Positions 1 to 9,894 of a DNA stretch of 64,000 nt are shown here, one piece after another (the first letter of the stretch is position 1; every line of letters begins with the position of its first letter). This stretch comes from an uncultured Maribacter sp. (GTDB lineage Bacteria; Bacteroidota; Bacteroidia; Flavobacteriales; Flavobacteriaceae), in the NCBI RefSeq assembly GCF_947496775.1, contig NZ_CANMDU010000004.1:218426-282425 (forward strand). The letters run 5' to 3'. The position numbers and the translations under genes were made by a program. The notes beneath the pieces were generated by a model that saw only the letters and a program-made list of their open reading frames with translations, was not told where the DNA came from and did not search any database.

Positions 1-57
1 CACCACATTCATCCAATACCTTTTACCCTAACTCTTCTTTACATTACCTTTGCAGAA

Positions 58-131
58 CCATAGCATAAGTAGGTTAAGTTCATGGTAAGATTTGGGGAAA
101 AGACGGGACAATGTTCCGTCTTTTATTTTTT
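58..131 (+). ncRNA. Candidate small RNA, copy 1 of a tandem array: conserved 39-nt core CCATAGCATAAGTAGGTTAAGTTCATGGTAAGATTTGGG plus hairpin/T-run terminator
   Basis: The core is followed by the stem GACGGGA/TTCCGTC and a T-run at 121-131. A TACCTTTG -7-like box at 45-52 lies just upstream. The same unit repeats at 271-344. Confidence 0.4.
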
Positions 132-270
132 ATGCATTCTACAAAATAGAACTGCCGAATAACCAGACATTATTACCACCTAAAGTTCCAAAACAGCACT
201 TTAACTAAAGTTACACCACATTCATCCAATACCTTTTACCCTAACTCTTCTTTACATTACCTTTGCAGAA

Positions 271-344
271 CCATAGCATAAGTAGGTTAAGTTCATGGTA
301 AGATTTGGGGAAAAGACGGGACAATGTTCCGTCTTTTATTTTTT
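271..344 (+). ncRNA. Candidate small RNA, copy 2, near-identical to copy 1
   Basis: A direct repeat of a 213-bp unit (214-426 versus 1-213) with only a few substitutions in the spacer. Confidence 0.4.
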
Positions 345-483
345 ATGCATTCTACAAAATAGAACTGCCAAATAACCAAACATAATTACCACCTAAAGTT
401 CCAAAACAACACTTTAACTAAAGTTACACTACATTCGTCCAATACCTTTTACACTAACTCTTCTTTACATTACTTTTGGAGGA

Positions 484-556
484 CCATAGCATAAGTAGGT
501 TAAGTTCATGGTAAGATTTGGGGAAAAAAGGCAGGGTTACACTCTGCCTTTTTTAT
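484..556 (+). ncRNA. Candidate small RNA, copy 3: same core with a different terminator hairpin
   Basis: The core is conserved. The hairpin is GGCAGGG-TTACA-CTCTGCC plus a T-run. A -7 box TACTTTTG lies at 471-478. Confidence 0.4.
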
Positions 557-689
557 TGCTGACACTCAAGCATTTAACAAGATTTACCCTTCATTTTTAG
601 GATATTTAGAGAAAATAATTTTAAGGTTACTGTATAAAATTTCGCAAAATTCCTTTTTTATTTCCCACAATACCAGTAATTTAGTTTCG

Positions 690-760
690 CCATAGCATAA
701 GTAGGTTAAGTTTATGGTAAGATTTGGGACGAAAAGGGTGGAGACTTCTCCGCCCTTTTC
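690..760 (+). ncRNA. Candidate small RNA, copy 4 (truncated unit): core with C->T change and a third hairpin variant
   Basis: The core is CCATAGCATAAGTAGGTTAAGTTTATGGTAAGATTTGGG. The hairpin is GGGTGGAG-ACTT-CTCCGCCC followed by TTTT. Confidence 0.35.
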
Positions 761-780
761 TATGCCATAAAAACAAAAAA

Positions 781-810
781 ACCACCTTGTTAAAACAAGG
801 TGGTTTTTTA
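781..810. terminator. Bidirectional intrinsic terminator (serves sodA on the minus strand)
   Basis: A perfect 9-bp stem ACCACCTTG/CAAGGTGGT is flanked by an A-run upstream and a T-run downstream. Confidence 0.7.
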
Positions 811-836
811 ATTTAGTACTGAGTAGTACTTATAAA

Positions 837-1445
837 TTATTTATTTGCAGCGTATAACTCCGAAACTTTATCCCAATTGATAATATTAAAAAAAGCGTTA
901 ACGTAATCTGGTCTTCTGTTTTGGTAGTTTAAATAATATGCATGTTCCCAAACATCTAAGCCCAAAATAGGGAAACCACTACAACCAGACTCTGGCATAA
1001 GTGGATTATCTTGGTTAGGAGTAGAGCAAACTTCTACCTTACCACCTTTATGAACACATAGCCAAGCCCATCCAGAACCAAATCTTGTTCCTGCAGCCGT
1101 ACTAAATGCGTTTTTAAATTCTTCAAAAGAACCACAAGCAGCATTTATTGCATCTGCTAATTCTCCAGAAGGTTCTCCTCCTCCATTAGGAGATAAGATT
1201 TCCCAAAATAAGGAATGATTATAAAAACCGCCTCCATTATTTCTTACTGCCCCATTAGACATATCTAAATTAGTAAGAATATCTTCTATAGATTTTCCTT
1301 CTAATTCTGAGCCTCCAATAGCGCCATTTAATTTAGTTGTATATCCGTTATGGTGCTTCGTATGGTGTATTTCCATAGTTCTTGCATCAATATGTGGTTC
1401 TAACGCATCGTATGCGTATGGTAATTTTGGTAATTCAAAAGCCAT
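837..1445 (-). CDS. sodA: Fe/Mn superoxide dismutase
   Basis: A 202-aa product with the canonical N-terminus (LPxLPY, HHxKHH) and the C-terminal DVWEHAYY motif. Confidence 0.95.
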   Translation of the reverse strand: MAFELPKLPYAYDALEPHIDARTMEIHHTKHHNGYTTKLNGAIGGSELEGKSIEDILTNLDMSNGAVRNNGGGFYNHSLFWEILSPNGGGEPSGELADAINAACGSFEEFKNAFSTAAGTRFGSGWAWLCVHKGGKVEVCSTPNQDNPLMPESGCSGFPILGLDVWEHAYYLNYQNRRPDYVNAFFNIINWDKVSELYAANK

Positions 1446-1562
1446 AATTATGTGTATTTATATATTAGTTTTGCATATCAAATTTACAGTATTTAACCAT
1501 CACATTCAATTATTTCTTTGTTAAGAACATTGCAATATTTCGTATTTTGCAATTAAAAGAGA

Positions 1563-4500
1563 TTGCAAGAAGTTCCATATAAAATATACAGTGCCTCTGC
1601 CGGCTCAGGAAAAACATATGTTCTTTCTAAAGAATATATTAAAACTGTTTTATCTTCTACACATAGTTTTAAACAAATACTTGCTATAACATTTACCAAT
1701 AAAGCGGTAAATGAAATGAAACATAGAATTATTACTAGCCTGTTTGAGTTCAGTAAAACTACTTCGACAGCAGATGCTTCTTCCATGTTCTTAGACATCA
1801 TGAAAGAACTTCATTTAGATGCTGTTACTTTACAAAAAAAAAGTAAACGAACTTTAAAAGAAATTTTACATAATTATGCTTTTTTTGACATTTCTACCAT
1901 AGATAAGTTTACACATAGACTAATACGAACTTTTGCTAAAGATTTAAAATTACCTCAAAATTTTGAAGTCGTTTTAGATACCAATTTATTGTTAGATGAG
2001 GCTGTTTCCGCATTAATAAATAAAGCCGGCTCTAATGATAAACTAACACAGGTATTATTAGATTTTGCCCTTGAAAAGATAGATGATGATAAAAGTTGGG
2101 ACATTGCCATTGATCTAACTAAAATTGGCAAGCTTCTATTTAACGAAAATCATGTTCCGCATTTAAAACAAATAAGCGATAAAGGTTTAGATGCCTTCTT
2201 GGATTTAAAAAAGAAACTAAAAAAAGATATAAATACTATAGAACAAAATGCTAATAATTTAGCCTCCGAAACCCTAGAGTTAATTAGCAAAAGTGGCTTT
2301 GAGTATACTGATTTTCCCAGAGAAACACTCCCAAACCATTTTAAAAAAATAATTGAAGGTATTTATGAGCCAAGCAAAATTTACAATAACAAACTAGAAC
2401 AAAATTTAATCGATAATAAAATTGTAAAAGCTACAGTTTCATTATCTACAGAAGAACTTTCTTCGCAATTATTACAATACTATTCTACCATAAAAAACCT
2501 TTTGTATACTCGAGCATTCTTAAAAAATGCTTATCAAAATTTGGTTCCTCTGACAGTTTTAAACGCAATTCAACATGAAGTTAAACATATTCAAAAAGAG
2601 AAAGACCAATTATCCATATCAGAATTTAATACTATTATATCTAATGAAATTAAAAACCAACCTGCTCCTTTTATCTATGAAAGATTAGGAGAAAAATACA
2701 GGCATTATTTTATTGATGAGTTTCAGGATACGTCAGAAATGCAATGGAATAATCTTACTCCTTTAATTGGTAACGCCTTAGAAAGTGAAAACCTTCTAGG
2801 GGAAACGGGTTCTTTGTTTTTAGTAGGAGATGTTAAACAATCTATCTATAGATGGAGAGGCGGTAAGGCGGAACAATTTTTAGATTTAACAAATAAGAAT
2901 GTAAATCCATTTGTACTGCCACCTTCCATAAATAATTTACCCGATAATTATCGTAGTTATGAGGAGGTGATTAATTTTAACAATGAATTTTTCACATGTA
3001 CAAGTTCATTATTAAGTAACGACACCTATAAAAATCTATATATACAAGGAAATAACCAAGGAACTAATACTAAAAAAGGAGGTGTAGTATCTCTTTCTTT
3101 TTTGGAGAAAGATACTAGTACAGATGAAGACTATTGTATAGAAGTTCTACAAACAATTAAACAAGTAAAATCTAAAGATTATTCTTATAAAGATATTTGC
3201 ATTATTACTCGTAAAAGAAAACACGGCGTGGCTGTTGCAAATTTTTTAATGCAGAATAACATTCCTATTATCTCTTCTGAAAGTTTATTACTTAAAAATA
3301 GCCCTAAAGTAAAATTTTTAATTTGTTTATTAAGATACAATCTATTACCAAATGATTTAGAAAACAACTACCAAATACTAAATTATCTATCAAAAGATAA
3401 AACGGAAAAACACCAGTTTATTTCTGACAATATAAAACAGTTAGATACTTTATTACATACTAATTATTACTATAATCGAAAATTAACAGAACAATTATCT
3501 GTTTTTGATACTTTAGAGATTGCCATTAAACTGTTTGCTTTAGCAGAATCTTCAAATGCCTATATTACCTATTTCTTGGATATAGCATTAGAAATAGAGC
3601 AAAATAGTGGTGCCGACATACAAACGTTTTTAAACTATTGGGACAAAAAAGAGGAGACTCTAAGTATCAGCGCTCCAGATAGTATGAATGCTGTACAAAT
3701 AATGACAGTACATAAAGCAAAAGGACTAGAGTTTAAAATAGTAATATTTCCTTTTGCAAATTCTAGTTTTAAAGAGCAAATAGAACCCAAATTATGGATG
3801 CCTATAAATTCAGAAATATCGCCAAACTTTAATGAACTTCTAATTAGCAAAAAGCAAGAAGTGGTACAATATGGTCCCGCTGCAGAATTTTTATACAATG
3901 AAGAAGAATACAAATTAGAGCTAGACGCCTTTAATGTTATTTATGTGGCATTAACGAGAGCCGTAAAAGGACTATATGTAATTACTAAAAAAGACCTAAC
4001 TCAAAAAGGAGACCATAAAGAAGCAACATATTCGGGAATGTTTATTGCTTTTTTAAAATATAAAAATCTTTGGAACATAGAACAATCTATATACACTTTT
4101 GGCCTTTTAGAAAGTAATCCCGAAAAAACAATTAGCAATAAAAACCAAACGGATATTGCCTATGGATATACCGAAAAAAATAGGCCCGGATTTCAGATAA
4201 TAACCAAATCTGGCATGCTTTGGAATACCGACAGAGAACAAGCAATAAATAAAGGAAATATTTTACATAACATATTAAGTAATATTTATACGGAGAAGGA
4301 TACGGATTATGCCTTATCCAAAGCTTTATCCTCTGGAGAGATTAGCCCGATAGATGTTCCTATTTTAAAGGATAACATAAATGACATCATAAATCATCCA
4401 GATTTATGTATGTACTATAAGGACACCATTACCATATATAACGAAAAAGATATTATTACACCTAACGGAGAAATTCTCCGCCCAGACAGAATAGTAATTA

Positions 4501-4664
4501 TAAATAACAAGGCATCCATTATAGATTATAAAACCGGAAAAAAAGACTCCCGATATAACCAACAGCTATATTCGTATGCCGATGCCCTAGAAAGCATGGG
4601 GTATTCTATATATACTAAAATAATTGTATATATAAATGACAAAATAACCTGTGAATTTATTTAG
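1563..4664 (+). CDS. UvrD/AddA-like ATP-dependent helicase with C-terminal PD-(D/E)XK nuclease domain
   Basis: A 1033-aa product with a Walker A (ASAGSGKT) near the N-terminus and a DEFQDT Walker B. It has a UvrD-like architecture and a C-terminal IIDYKTGKK nuclease motif. The ORF track gives a TTG start. Confidence 0.8.
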   Translation: MQEVPYKIYSASAGSGKTYVLSKEYIKTVLSSTHSFKQILAITFTNKAVNEMKHRIITSLFEFSKTTSTADASSMFLDIMKELHLDAVTLQKKSKRTLKEILHNYAFFDISTIDKFTHRLIRTFAKDLKLPQNFEVVLDTNLLLDEAVSALINKAGSNDKLTQVLLDFALEKIDDDKSWDIAIDLTKIGKLLFNENHVPHLKQISDKGLDAFLDLKKKLKKDINTIEQNANNLASETLELISKSGFEYTDFPRETLPNHFKKIIEGIYEPSKIYNNKLEQNLIDNKIVKATVSLSTEELSSQLLQYYSTIKNLLYTRAFLKNAYQNLVPLTVLNAIQHEVKHIQKEKDQLSISEFNTIISNEIKNQPAPFIYERLGEKYRHYFIDEFQDTSEMQWNNLTPLIGNALESENLLGETGSLFLVGDVKQSIYRWRGGKAEQFLDLTNKNVNPFVLPPSINNLPDNYRSYEEVINFNNEFFTCTSSLLSNDTYKNLYIQGNNQGTNTKKGGVVSLSFLEKDTSTDEDYCIEVLQTIKQVKSKDYSYKDICIITRKRKHGVAVANFLMQNNIPIISSESLLLKNSPKVKFLICLLRYNLLPNDLENNYQILNYLSKDKTEKHQFISDNIKQLDTLLHTNYYYNRKLTEQLSVFDTLEIAIKLFALAESSNAYITYFLDIALEIEQNSGADIQTFLNYWDKKEETLSISAPDSMNAVQIMTVHKAKGLEFKIVIFPFANSSFKEQIEPKLWMPINSEISPNFNELLISKKQEVVQYGPAAEFLYNEEEYKLELDAFNVIYVALTRAVKGLYVITKKDLTQKGDHKEATYSGMFIAFLKYKNLWNIEQSIYTFGLLESNPEKTISNKNQTDIAYGYTEKNRPGFQIITKSGMLWNTDREQAINKGNILHNILSNIYTEKDTDYALSKALSSGEISPIDVPILKDNINDIINHPDLCMYYKDTITIYNEKDIITPNGEILRPDRIVIINNKASIIDYKTGKKDSRYNQQLYSYADALESMGYSIYTKIIVYINDKITCEFI

Positions 4665-4853
4665 AACTGTTCCTTATTAAGGAAAATCTCACAAAAAAAA
4701 TTTGTCTTAAAAACAAAAAAAGGCTCTAAAACTCGATAAAAGGAAGGTTTTTTTCTATAAAAGGCTCCAAAAAAAATAGGTTATGCATTTTGTTAATAAT
4801 ATTTAACAACTTACATTTGCAGCTAATAAACACTTAAACTTAAAAATTTAAAC

Positions 4854-6215
4854 ATGAAACATCTTAGCAAATTATTAGTTGTTGCTCTACTTGTTGTAGG
4901 TTTTAACAACATACAAGCTCAAGACGAAAATAACCCATGGCAGGTTAGTTTTGGAGCTAATGCGATTGACGTATATCCTACAGGAGATTTCGTAGCAGAC
5001 GATCTTAGTACTAGTTCTTTTGGAAACGAATTATTCAACGCAGCAGATCACTGGAACATTCTACCTTCAATCTCTTATATTGGAGTTTCTAAAAATGTAG
5101 GTGGTGGATTTTCTGTTGGTGCTAGAGGTTCTTTAAATAAAATTAGCAAATGGGGAGATGATAGTAGAGATGATTTATCTCACTATGGTATAGATGGTAC
5201 AATTAAGTACAACTTTATACAAAATAAATGTATAGACCCTTTCGCTGAAATAGGTGGTGGTTATTCTTGGATTGATGAAATTGGTGCTGGTACTGCTAAT
5301 GCTGGTCTAGGTGTTAATTTCTGGTTTACAGAAAACATTGGTCTTACTGTACAATCTTCTTATAAGCATTCTTTTGAGGATTACTTAGTATCTCACTGGC
5401 AACATATGGCTGGTATAGCTATCAAATTTGGTGGTACAGATACAGATGGTGATGGTGTTTATGACAAAGATGATGCTTGTCCGGAAGTTGCTGGTTTAGA
5501 AGCTTTCAATGGTTGCCCAGATGCTGATGGTGATGGTATTGAAGATAGCAAAGATGCTTGTCCTAATGCTGCTGGTACTAAAGAAATGAACGGATGTCCT
5601 GATGGTGACGGTGATGGTGTTGCTGATAAAGATGATGCTTGTCCAGAAGTTGCTGGTTTAGCTGCTTTAGCTGGTTGTCCTGATGCTGATGGTGATGGTG
5701 TTGCTGATAAAGATGATGCTTGTGCTAACGAAGCTGGTCCTGCTGAAAACAAAGGTTGTCCTTGGGCTGATAAAGATGGTGATAGCGTTTTAGATAAAGA
5801 TGATGCTTGTCCTGCTATCGCTGGTACTGTTGCTAACAATGGTTGTCCTGAAGTAACTGAAGAAGTTCAAAAGAAATTAAACGATTACGCAAGAACTATC
5901 TTATTTGATACTGGTAAATCTTCTATCAAAGCAGAATCTACTGCTGTAATGGTTGATATTATTACAATCTTAGCAGAGTACCCTAACGCTAAATTTACAG
6001 TTGAAGGTCATACGGATAGTGTAGGTAGTGCTAAATTAAACCAAAAATTATCTGATTCTAGAGCTAATTCAGTTCGTGATTTCTTAATTGATAAAGGAAT
6101 TGCTTCTGATAGATTAACTGCTATTGGATACGGAGAAGATAAGCCTATCGCTACTAACAATACTAGAGCTGGTAGAAAATCTAACAGAAGAGTTGAAATC
6201 AACTTAGTAAAATAA
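4854..6215 (+). CDS. OmpA-family outer-membrane protein with thrombospondin type-3 (TSP3) repeats
   Basis: A signal peptide is followed by about 8 tandem DxDxDGxxDxxDxCP calcium-binding repeats (5440-5850). The C-terminal OmpA domain carries [11 protein letters not shown]...NRRVEI. Confidence 0.9.
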   Translation: MKHLSKLLVVALLVVGFNNIQAQDENNPWQVSFGANAIDVYPTGDFVADDLSTSSFGNELFNAADHWNILPSISYIGVSKNVGGGFSVGARGSLNKISKWGDDSRDDLSHYGIDGTIKYNFIQNKCIDPFAEIGGGYSWIDEIGAGTANAGLGVNFWFTENIGLTVQSSYKHSFEDYLVSHWQHMAGIAIKFGGTDTDGDGVYDKDDACPEVAGLEAFNGCPDADGDGIEDSKDACPNAAGTKEMNGCPDGDGDGVADKDDACPEVAGLAALAGCPDADGDGVADKDDACANEAGPAENKGCPWADKDGDSVLDKDDACPAIAGTVANNGCPEVTEEVQKKLNDYARTILFDTGKSSIKAESTAVMVDIITILAEYPNAKFTVEGHTDSVGSAKLNQKLSDSRANSVRDFLIDKGIASDRLTAIGYGEDKPIATNNTRAGRKSNRRVEINLVK

Positions 6216-6245
6216 GAAGATTTAACAATCTTAATATAAATTAAA

Positions 6246-6272
6246 AGCTCCGCAATTGCGGAGCTTTTTTTA
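6246..6272 (+). terminator. Intrinsic terminator after the ompA-like gene
   Basis: The sequence AGCTCCGCAATTGCGGAGCT forms a perfect palindromic hairpin followed by T8. Confidence 0.8.
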
Positions 6273-6281
6273 TATTTAAAA

Positions 6282-9029
6282 ATGAAAGGATTTTTAGAAG
6301 AAACTTTAGAATTAATAGTACAAAAACACGACTCACTTAGTAATCATATTTTTATTCTCCCTAGTAAAAGAGCTGGCACCTTTCTTAAAAATTTAATAGC
6401 TCAAAAAACGACTCAAACTTCCTTTGCTCCAGAAATATTAAGTACCGAAAGTTTTATAGAAAAAATATCGGGCTTATCATACGCATCTAATCTAGAACAA
6501 CTTTTTGAGCTTTACAACACCTATTTACAAAGCAAACCGCAGGAAGTAGAAACATTTTATTCTTTTTCTAAATGGGGACAAACACTACTACAAGATTTTA
6601 ACGAAATAGATAGATACTTAATCGAAACTAAAGATTTGTTTTCTAACCTATCTGCCATACAAGAAATTACCCATTGGTCTCCTGATGCTCCAAAAACACA
6701 GATGATGGATGACTATCTAAAGTTTTGGAATAATCTAGATGCCATATACCAAACATTTAAAAATTCTTTACTTAAAAATAATAAAGGACACCAAGGATTA
6801 GTATATAGGACAGCCACTGAAAAATTAACGGAGTATCTAAAAACAAAACAAAATAACATTTTTGTTTTCCTTGGTTTTAATGCCCTTAATACGTCCGAAA
6901 GCAAAATAATACAGTATATTTTGGAATACCATAATTCTGATATTTATTGGGATATGGATAGTTATTTTATGCAAGATTCTATACATGACGCAAGTTTGTT
7001 TTTAAGAAGCCATAAGAAAGACTGGAATTATTTTAAGACCAATAATTTTAAAGGAGTTAGTAATTACTATAACACTCCTAAAAAAATAGAAATTATTGGT
7101 GCTCCCAAAAATATTTCACAGGCTAAGTATGTCGGCAACCTCTTAAGGCACATAAAAATAGAATCCCCTGATTCTATTAAAAACACTGCCGTTATTCTTG
7201 CAGATGAAACCCTATTAAACCCAATAATAAACTCTATTCCTAAAGAAATAGATGCTATTAATATTACGATGGGCTATGCCTTAGAAAAAACTACTCTAGC
7301 AAGTTTTTTTAATTCCTTTTTCGAGTTATACCTAGGAAACAACTCCAAAGGATGGTTCTATTCTAACTTACTATCTTTTATATCGCATCCGACAACTACA
7401 ACGCTAATTAATGAAAAAGAAGAAGATTGTTGTTCTAAAATTAGTACAACGATAAAAACAAAAAATTGGTCTTACATATCTACATCTAAAATAAAAGCTT
7501 TAGCTCCTGATAACGTAATTCTATCCGAACTCTTTGTAGATGAATCCTATACACCGATAACCTTTATAGAAAAATGCTTACATATTATCTCTGAGCTAAA
7601 AAATATATACACTAGTCAGAGCAATTCTTTAGCATTAGAATATCTATACCGCTTCAATAGCTTATTTAATCAACTTAACACCTTAATACAGGAATATAAC
7701 TACGTAAACGACTTAAAGTCTCTCTTGAGTCTTTATAACGAACTGCTCTCTTCTGAAACTTTAGATTTTAAAGGAGACCCTATTGAAGGACTTCAAATAA
7801 TGGGAATGTTAGAAAGTCGTAATCTAGATTTTGAAACAGTAATTATTACTTCTGTCAATGAAGGAATATTACCTTCTGGAAAGTCGAATAATTCTTTTAT
7901 TCCGTTCGACTTAAAAATTAATCATGGCCTTCCTACGTATAAAGAAAAAGATGCCGTTTATACATATCATTTTTATCGTTTATTACAACGTGCTAAAAAC
8001 ATCTATTTAATTTACAATACAGAACCGGATGTATTAGAAGGTGGTGAAAAAAGTAGATTAATTACTCAACTGCTTACAGACGAGAATAAAACAAAAGATA
8101 TCAAGGAGAAAGTTGCTACACCTATAATAATACCGAATGTAAAAGATTTAGAAATAATAGAAAAAGATTCTGCCTTACTAGAACTTATAAAAGAACATGC
8201 AACGAAAGGGTTTTCACCAACATCGTTAAGTAACTATATTAGGAATCCTATCGATTTTTACAAACGTAATTTATTAAAAATTGAAGATGTTTTAGCAGTA
8301 GAAGAAACCGTTGCGGCAAATACTTTTGGCACTATAGTTCATGATACTTTAGAAGATTTATACACTCCGTTCATAGGAAAACTATTAGATGCGGAGGCTC
8401 TTAAAACATCCAAAAAACAAATCTCAACCTTAGTAAAAAAACACTTCGCACGAACCTATTCTGAAGGAGATATTACACAAGGGAAAAATCTATTAGCCTT
8501 TAACATAATTATTAGATATATAGAAAGATTTGTAGATTTAGAAATTACGCAACTAAAACAAAATTCTATTAAAATAATTGGACTGGAACAACAGTTACGT
8601 GTTAAACTCCATTTTCCTGAGTTAGACTTCCCGGTAACTCTAAAAGGAAAATTAGATCGTATCGATGAAGAAAATGGTTCATTAAGAATTATTGATTATA
8701 AAACAGGTCGTGTAGAGGGCAAAAATGTTACTATTAAAAATTGGGAAAAGGTAACTACAGAATATTCCTTTAGTAAAGCATTTCAACTATTATGTTATAG
8801 CATTATGTACAATGCTAACAATCCGATATCTGAATTACAAGCTGGAATATTAACTTTTAAAAACCTGAATGCTGGTTTATTAAAATTTGCTTACCAAGAA
8901 GGAAAAAGAAAGAGTGCCAATGATAGCATCATAAATCAAGAAATTTTAACTCTATTTACCAAAGAGCTAAAATCACTTGTTTTAGAAATATGTAACCCCA
9001 ATTCTCCTTTTATAGAAAAGGATGTTTAG
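6282..9029 (+). CDS. PD-(D/E)XK nuclease family protein (AddB-like partner of the upstream helicase)
   Basis: A 915-aa product with a C-terminal RIIDYKTGR motif matching the helicase's nuclease motif. This architecture is typical of Bacteroidetes AddAB-type pairs. Confidence 0.7.
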   Translation: MKGFLEETLELIVQKHDSLSNHIFILPSKRAGTFLKNLIAQKTTQTSFAPEILSTESFIEKISGLSYASNLEQLFELYNTYLQSKPQEVETFYSFSKWGQTLLQDFNEIDRYLIETKDLFSNLSAIQEITHWSPDAPKTQMMDDYLKFWNNLDAIYQTFKNSLLKNNKGHQGLVYRTATEKLTEYLKTKQNNIFVFLGFNALNTSESKIIQYILEYHNSDIYWDMDSYFMQDSIHDASLFLRSHKKDWNYFKTNNFKGVSNYYNTPKKIEIIGAPKNISQAKYVGNLLRHIKIESPDSIKNTAVILADETLLNPIINSIPKEIDAINITMGYALEKTTLASFFNSFFELYLGNNSKGWFYSNLLSFISHPTTTTLINEKEEDCCSKISTTIKTKNWSYISTSKIKALAPDNVILSELFVDESYTPITFIEKCLHIISELKNIYTSQSNSLALEYLYRFNSLFNQLNTLIQEYNYVNDLKSLLSLYNELLSSETLDFKGDPIEGLQIMGMLESRNLDFETVIITSVNEGILPSGKSNNSFIPFDLKINHGLPTYKEKDAVYTYHFYRLLQRAKNIYLIYNTEPDVLEGGEKSRLITQLLTDENKTKDIKEKVATPIIIPNVKDLEIIEKDSALLELIKEHATKGFSPTSLSNYIRNPIDFYKRNLLKIEDVLAVEETVAANTFGTIVHDTLEDLYTPFIGKLLDAEALKTSKKQISTLVKKHFARTYSEGDITQGKNLLAFNIIIRYIERFVDLEITQLKQNSIKIIGLEQQLRVKLHFPELDFPVTLKGKLDRIDEENGSLRIIDYKTGRVEGKNVTIKNWEKVTTEYSFSKAFQLLCYSIMYNANNPISELQAGILTFKNLNAGLLKFAYQEGKRKSANDSIINQEILTLFTKELKSLVLEICNPNSPFIEKDV

Positions 9030-9758
9030 TTATTTTTTATCTGGCCTTGTTGGTCTTACCTCAATTTTGCTAGGCAATGTTCTTGAGTGCATTTTAAGTA
9101 AATCTAAAACCAATTCTCCTATATCCTCTGGCTGTATTTTCCAAGCATCTTTCTCGGATGGGGAGTTTCCTGCAAATTCTGTAGATACGGAACCTGGCAT
9201 TATGGTAGAAACTTTTACATCATACTTTCTTAAATCTAACATTGCAGCCTGAGTAAAACCAACAACTCCATATTTAGTGGCGTTATACCCTGCTCCATTT
9301 GCAAAAAAATTGGTTCCTGCTAAACTAGCCAAAGTTATATAATACCCCTTAGATTTTTTTAGAGCTTCAACAGAGGCTTTTAAAGTATGAAAAACACCAC
9401 TTAAATTAGTGTCTACCATTACGTGCCAATCCTCACTAGACATTTGATCTATGGGCATAAAATGACCAACCCCGGCATTTGCCAATACTACATCTACTTG
9501 CCCCCATTTCTCTTTGATTTTTTTAATGGCTGCTTTCTCGTCTTCTAGCTTAGTAACATCCGAAGACAAAGCTAAAACCTGTTCTTCATTACCTAAATAC
9601 TCCGCTGCTTTTTCTACTGTCTTTAAGGTTCGACCACTAATAGCAACTTTCATGCCCACTTCCATCAGTTTTTTTGCTACTCCAAACCCTATTCCTTTAG
9701 AACCGCCTGTTATATACGCTACTTTTCCTGTTAAATCTTTCATATCCTTTATTATCAT
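9030..9758 (-). CDS. Short-chain dehydrogenase/reductase (SDR)
   Basis: A 242-aa product with the TGGSKGIG Rossmann motif and the YxxxK region (NATKYG). Confidence 0.85.
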   Translation of the reverse strand: MIIKDMKDLTGKVAYITGGSKGIGFGVAKKLMEVGMKVAISGRTLKTVEKAAEYLGNEEQVLALSSDVTKLEDEKAAIKKIKEKWGQVDVVLANAGVGHFMPIDQMSSEDWHVMVDTNLSGVFHTLKASVEALKKSKGYYITLASLAGTNFFANGAGYNATKYGVVGFTQAAMLDLRKYDVKVSTIMPGSVSTEFAGNSPSEKDAWKIQPEDIGELVLDLLKMHSRTLPSKIEVRPTRPDKK

Positions 9759-9834
9759 AATATACTCTCAAAAGTATTAAATAAGTCTTCTAAAGAGAAG
9801 TAAAAATTAGTTAAGAATAAGAGAGGTTATCAAC

Positions 9835-9875
9835 AAAAAAGCCCCAATATTTAATTAAACTATGGGGCTTTTTTA
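9835..9875. terminator. Bidirectional intrinsic terminator (hppD 3' end)
   Basis: The A6-GCCCCA...TGGGGC-T6 hairpin has polyA and polyT flanks. Confidence 0.65.
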
Positions 9876-9894
9876 TAAATAAGAAAATCTAATC

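Larger units (their letters stand above)
1..760 (+). repeat. Tandem direct repeat array (3 full ~213-bp units plus 1 partial) carrying the sRNA-like units
   Basis: Direct reading shows 1-213 and 214-426 nearly identical, 427 onward diverged, and a core-only fourth copy at 690. The array may continue upstream of the window. Confidence 0.8.

Noticed and set aside
1-760. Possible CRISPR array, given the regular direct repeats
   Set aside because: The repeat unit is about 213 bp, with a 39-nt core plus terminators. It does not show 28-37-nt repeats alternating with unique spacers, and no cas genes are nearby.
5459-5839. Minus-strand 126-aa ORF inside the OmpA gene
   Set aside because: The ORF is an alternative-frame reading of the TSP3 DNA repeats (Ala/Ser/Pro-rich, low complexity) and is fully nested in a well-supported gene.
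9022-9252. Plus-strand 76-aa ORF overlapping the SDR gene's 3' end
   Set aside because: It is antisense to a strongly supported SDR CDS and has no motif.
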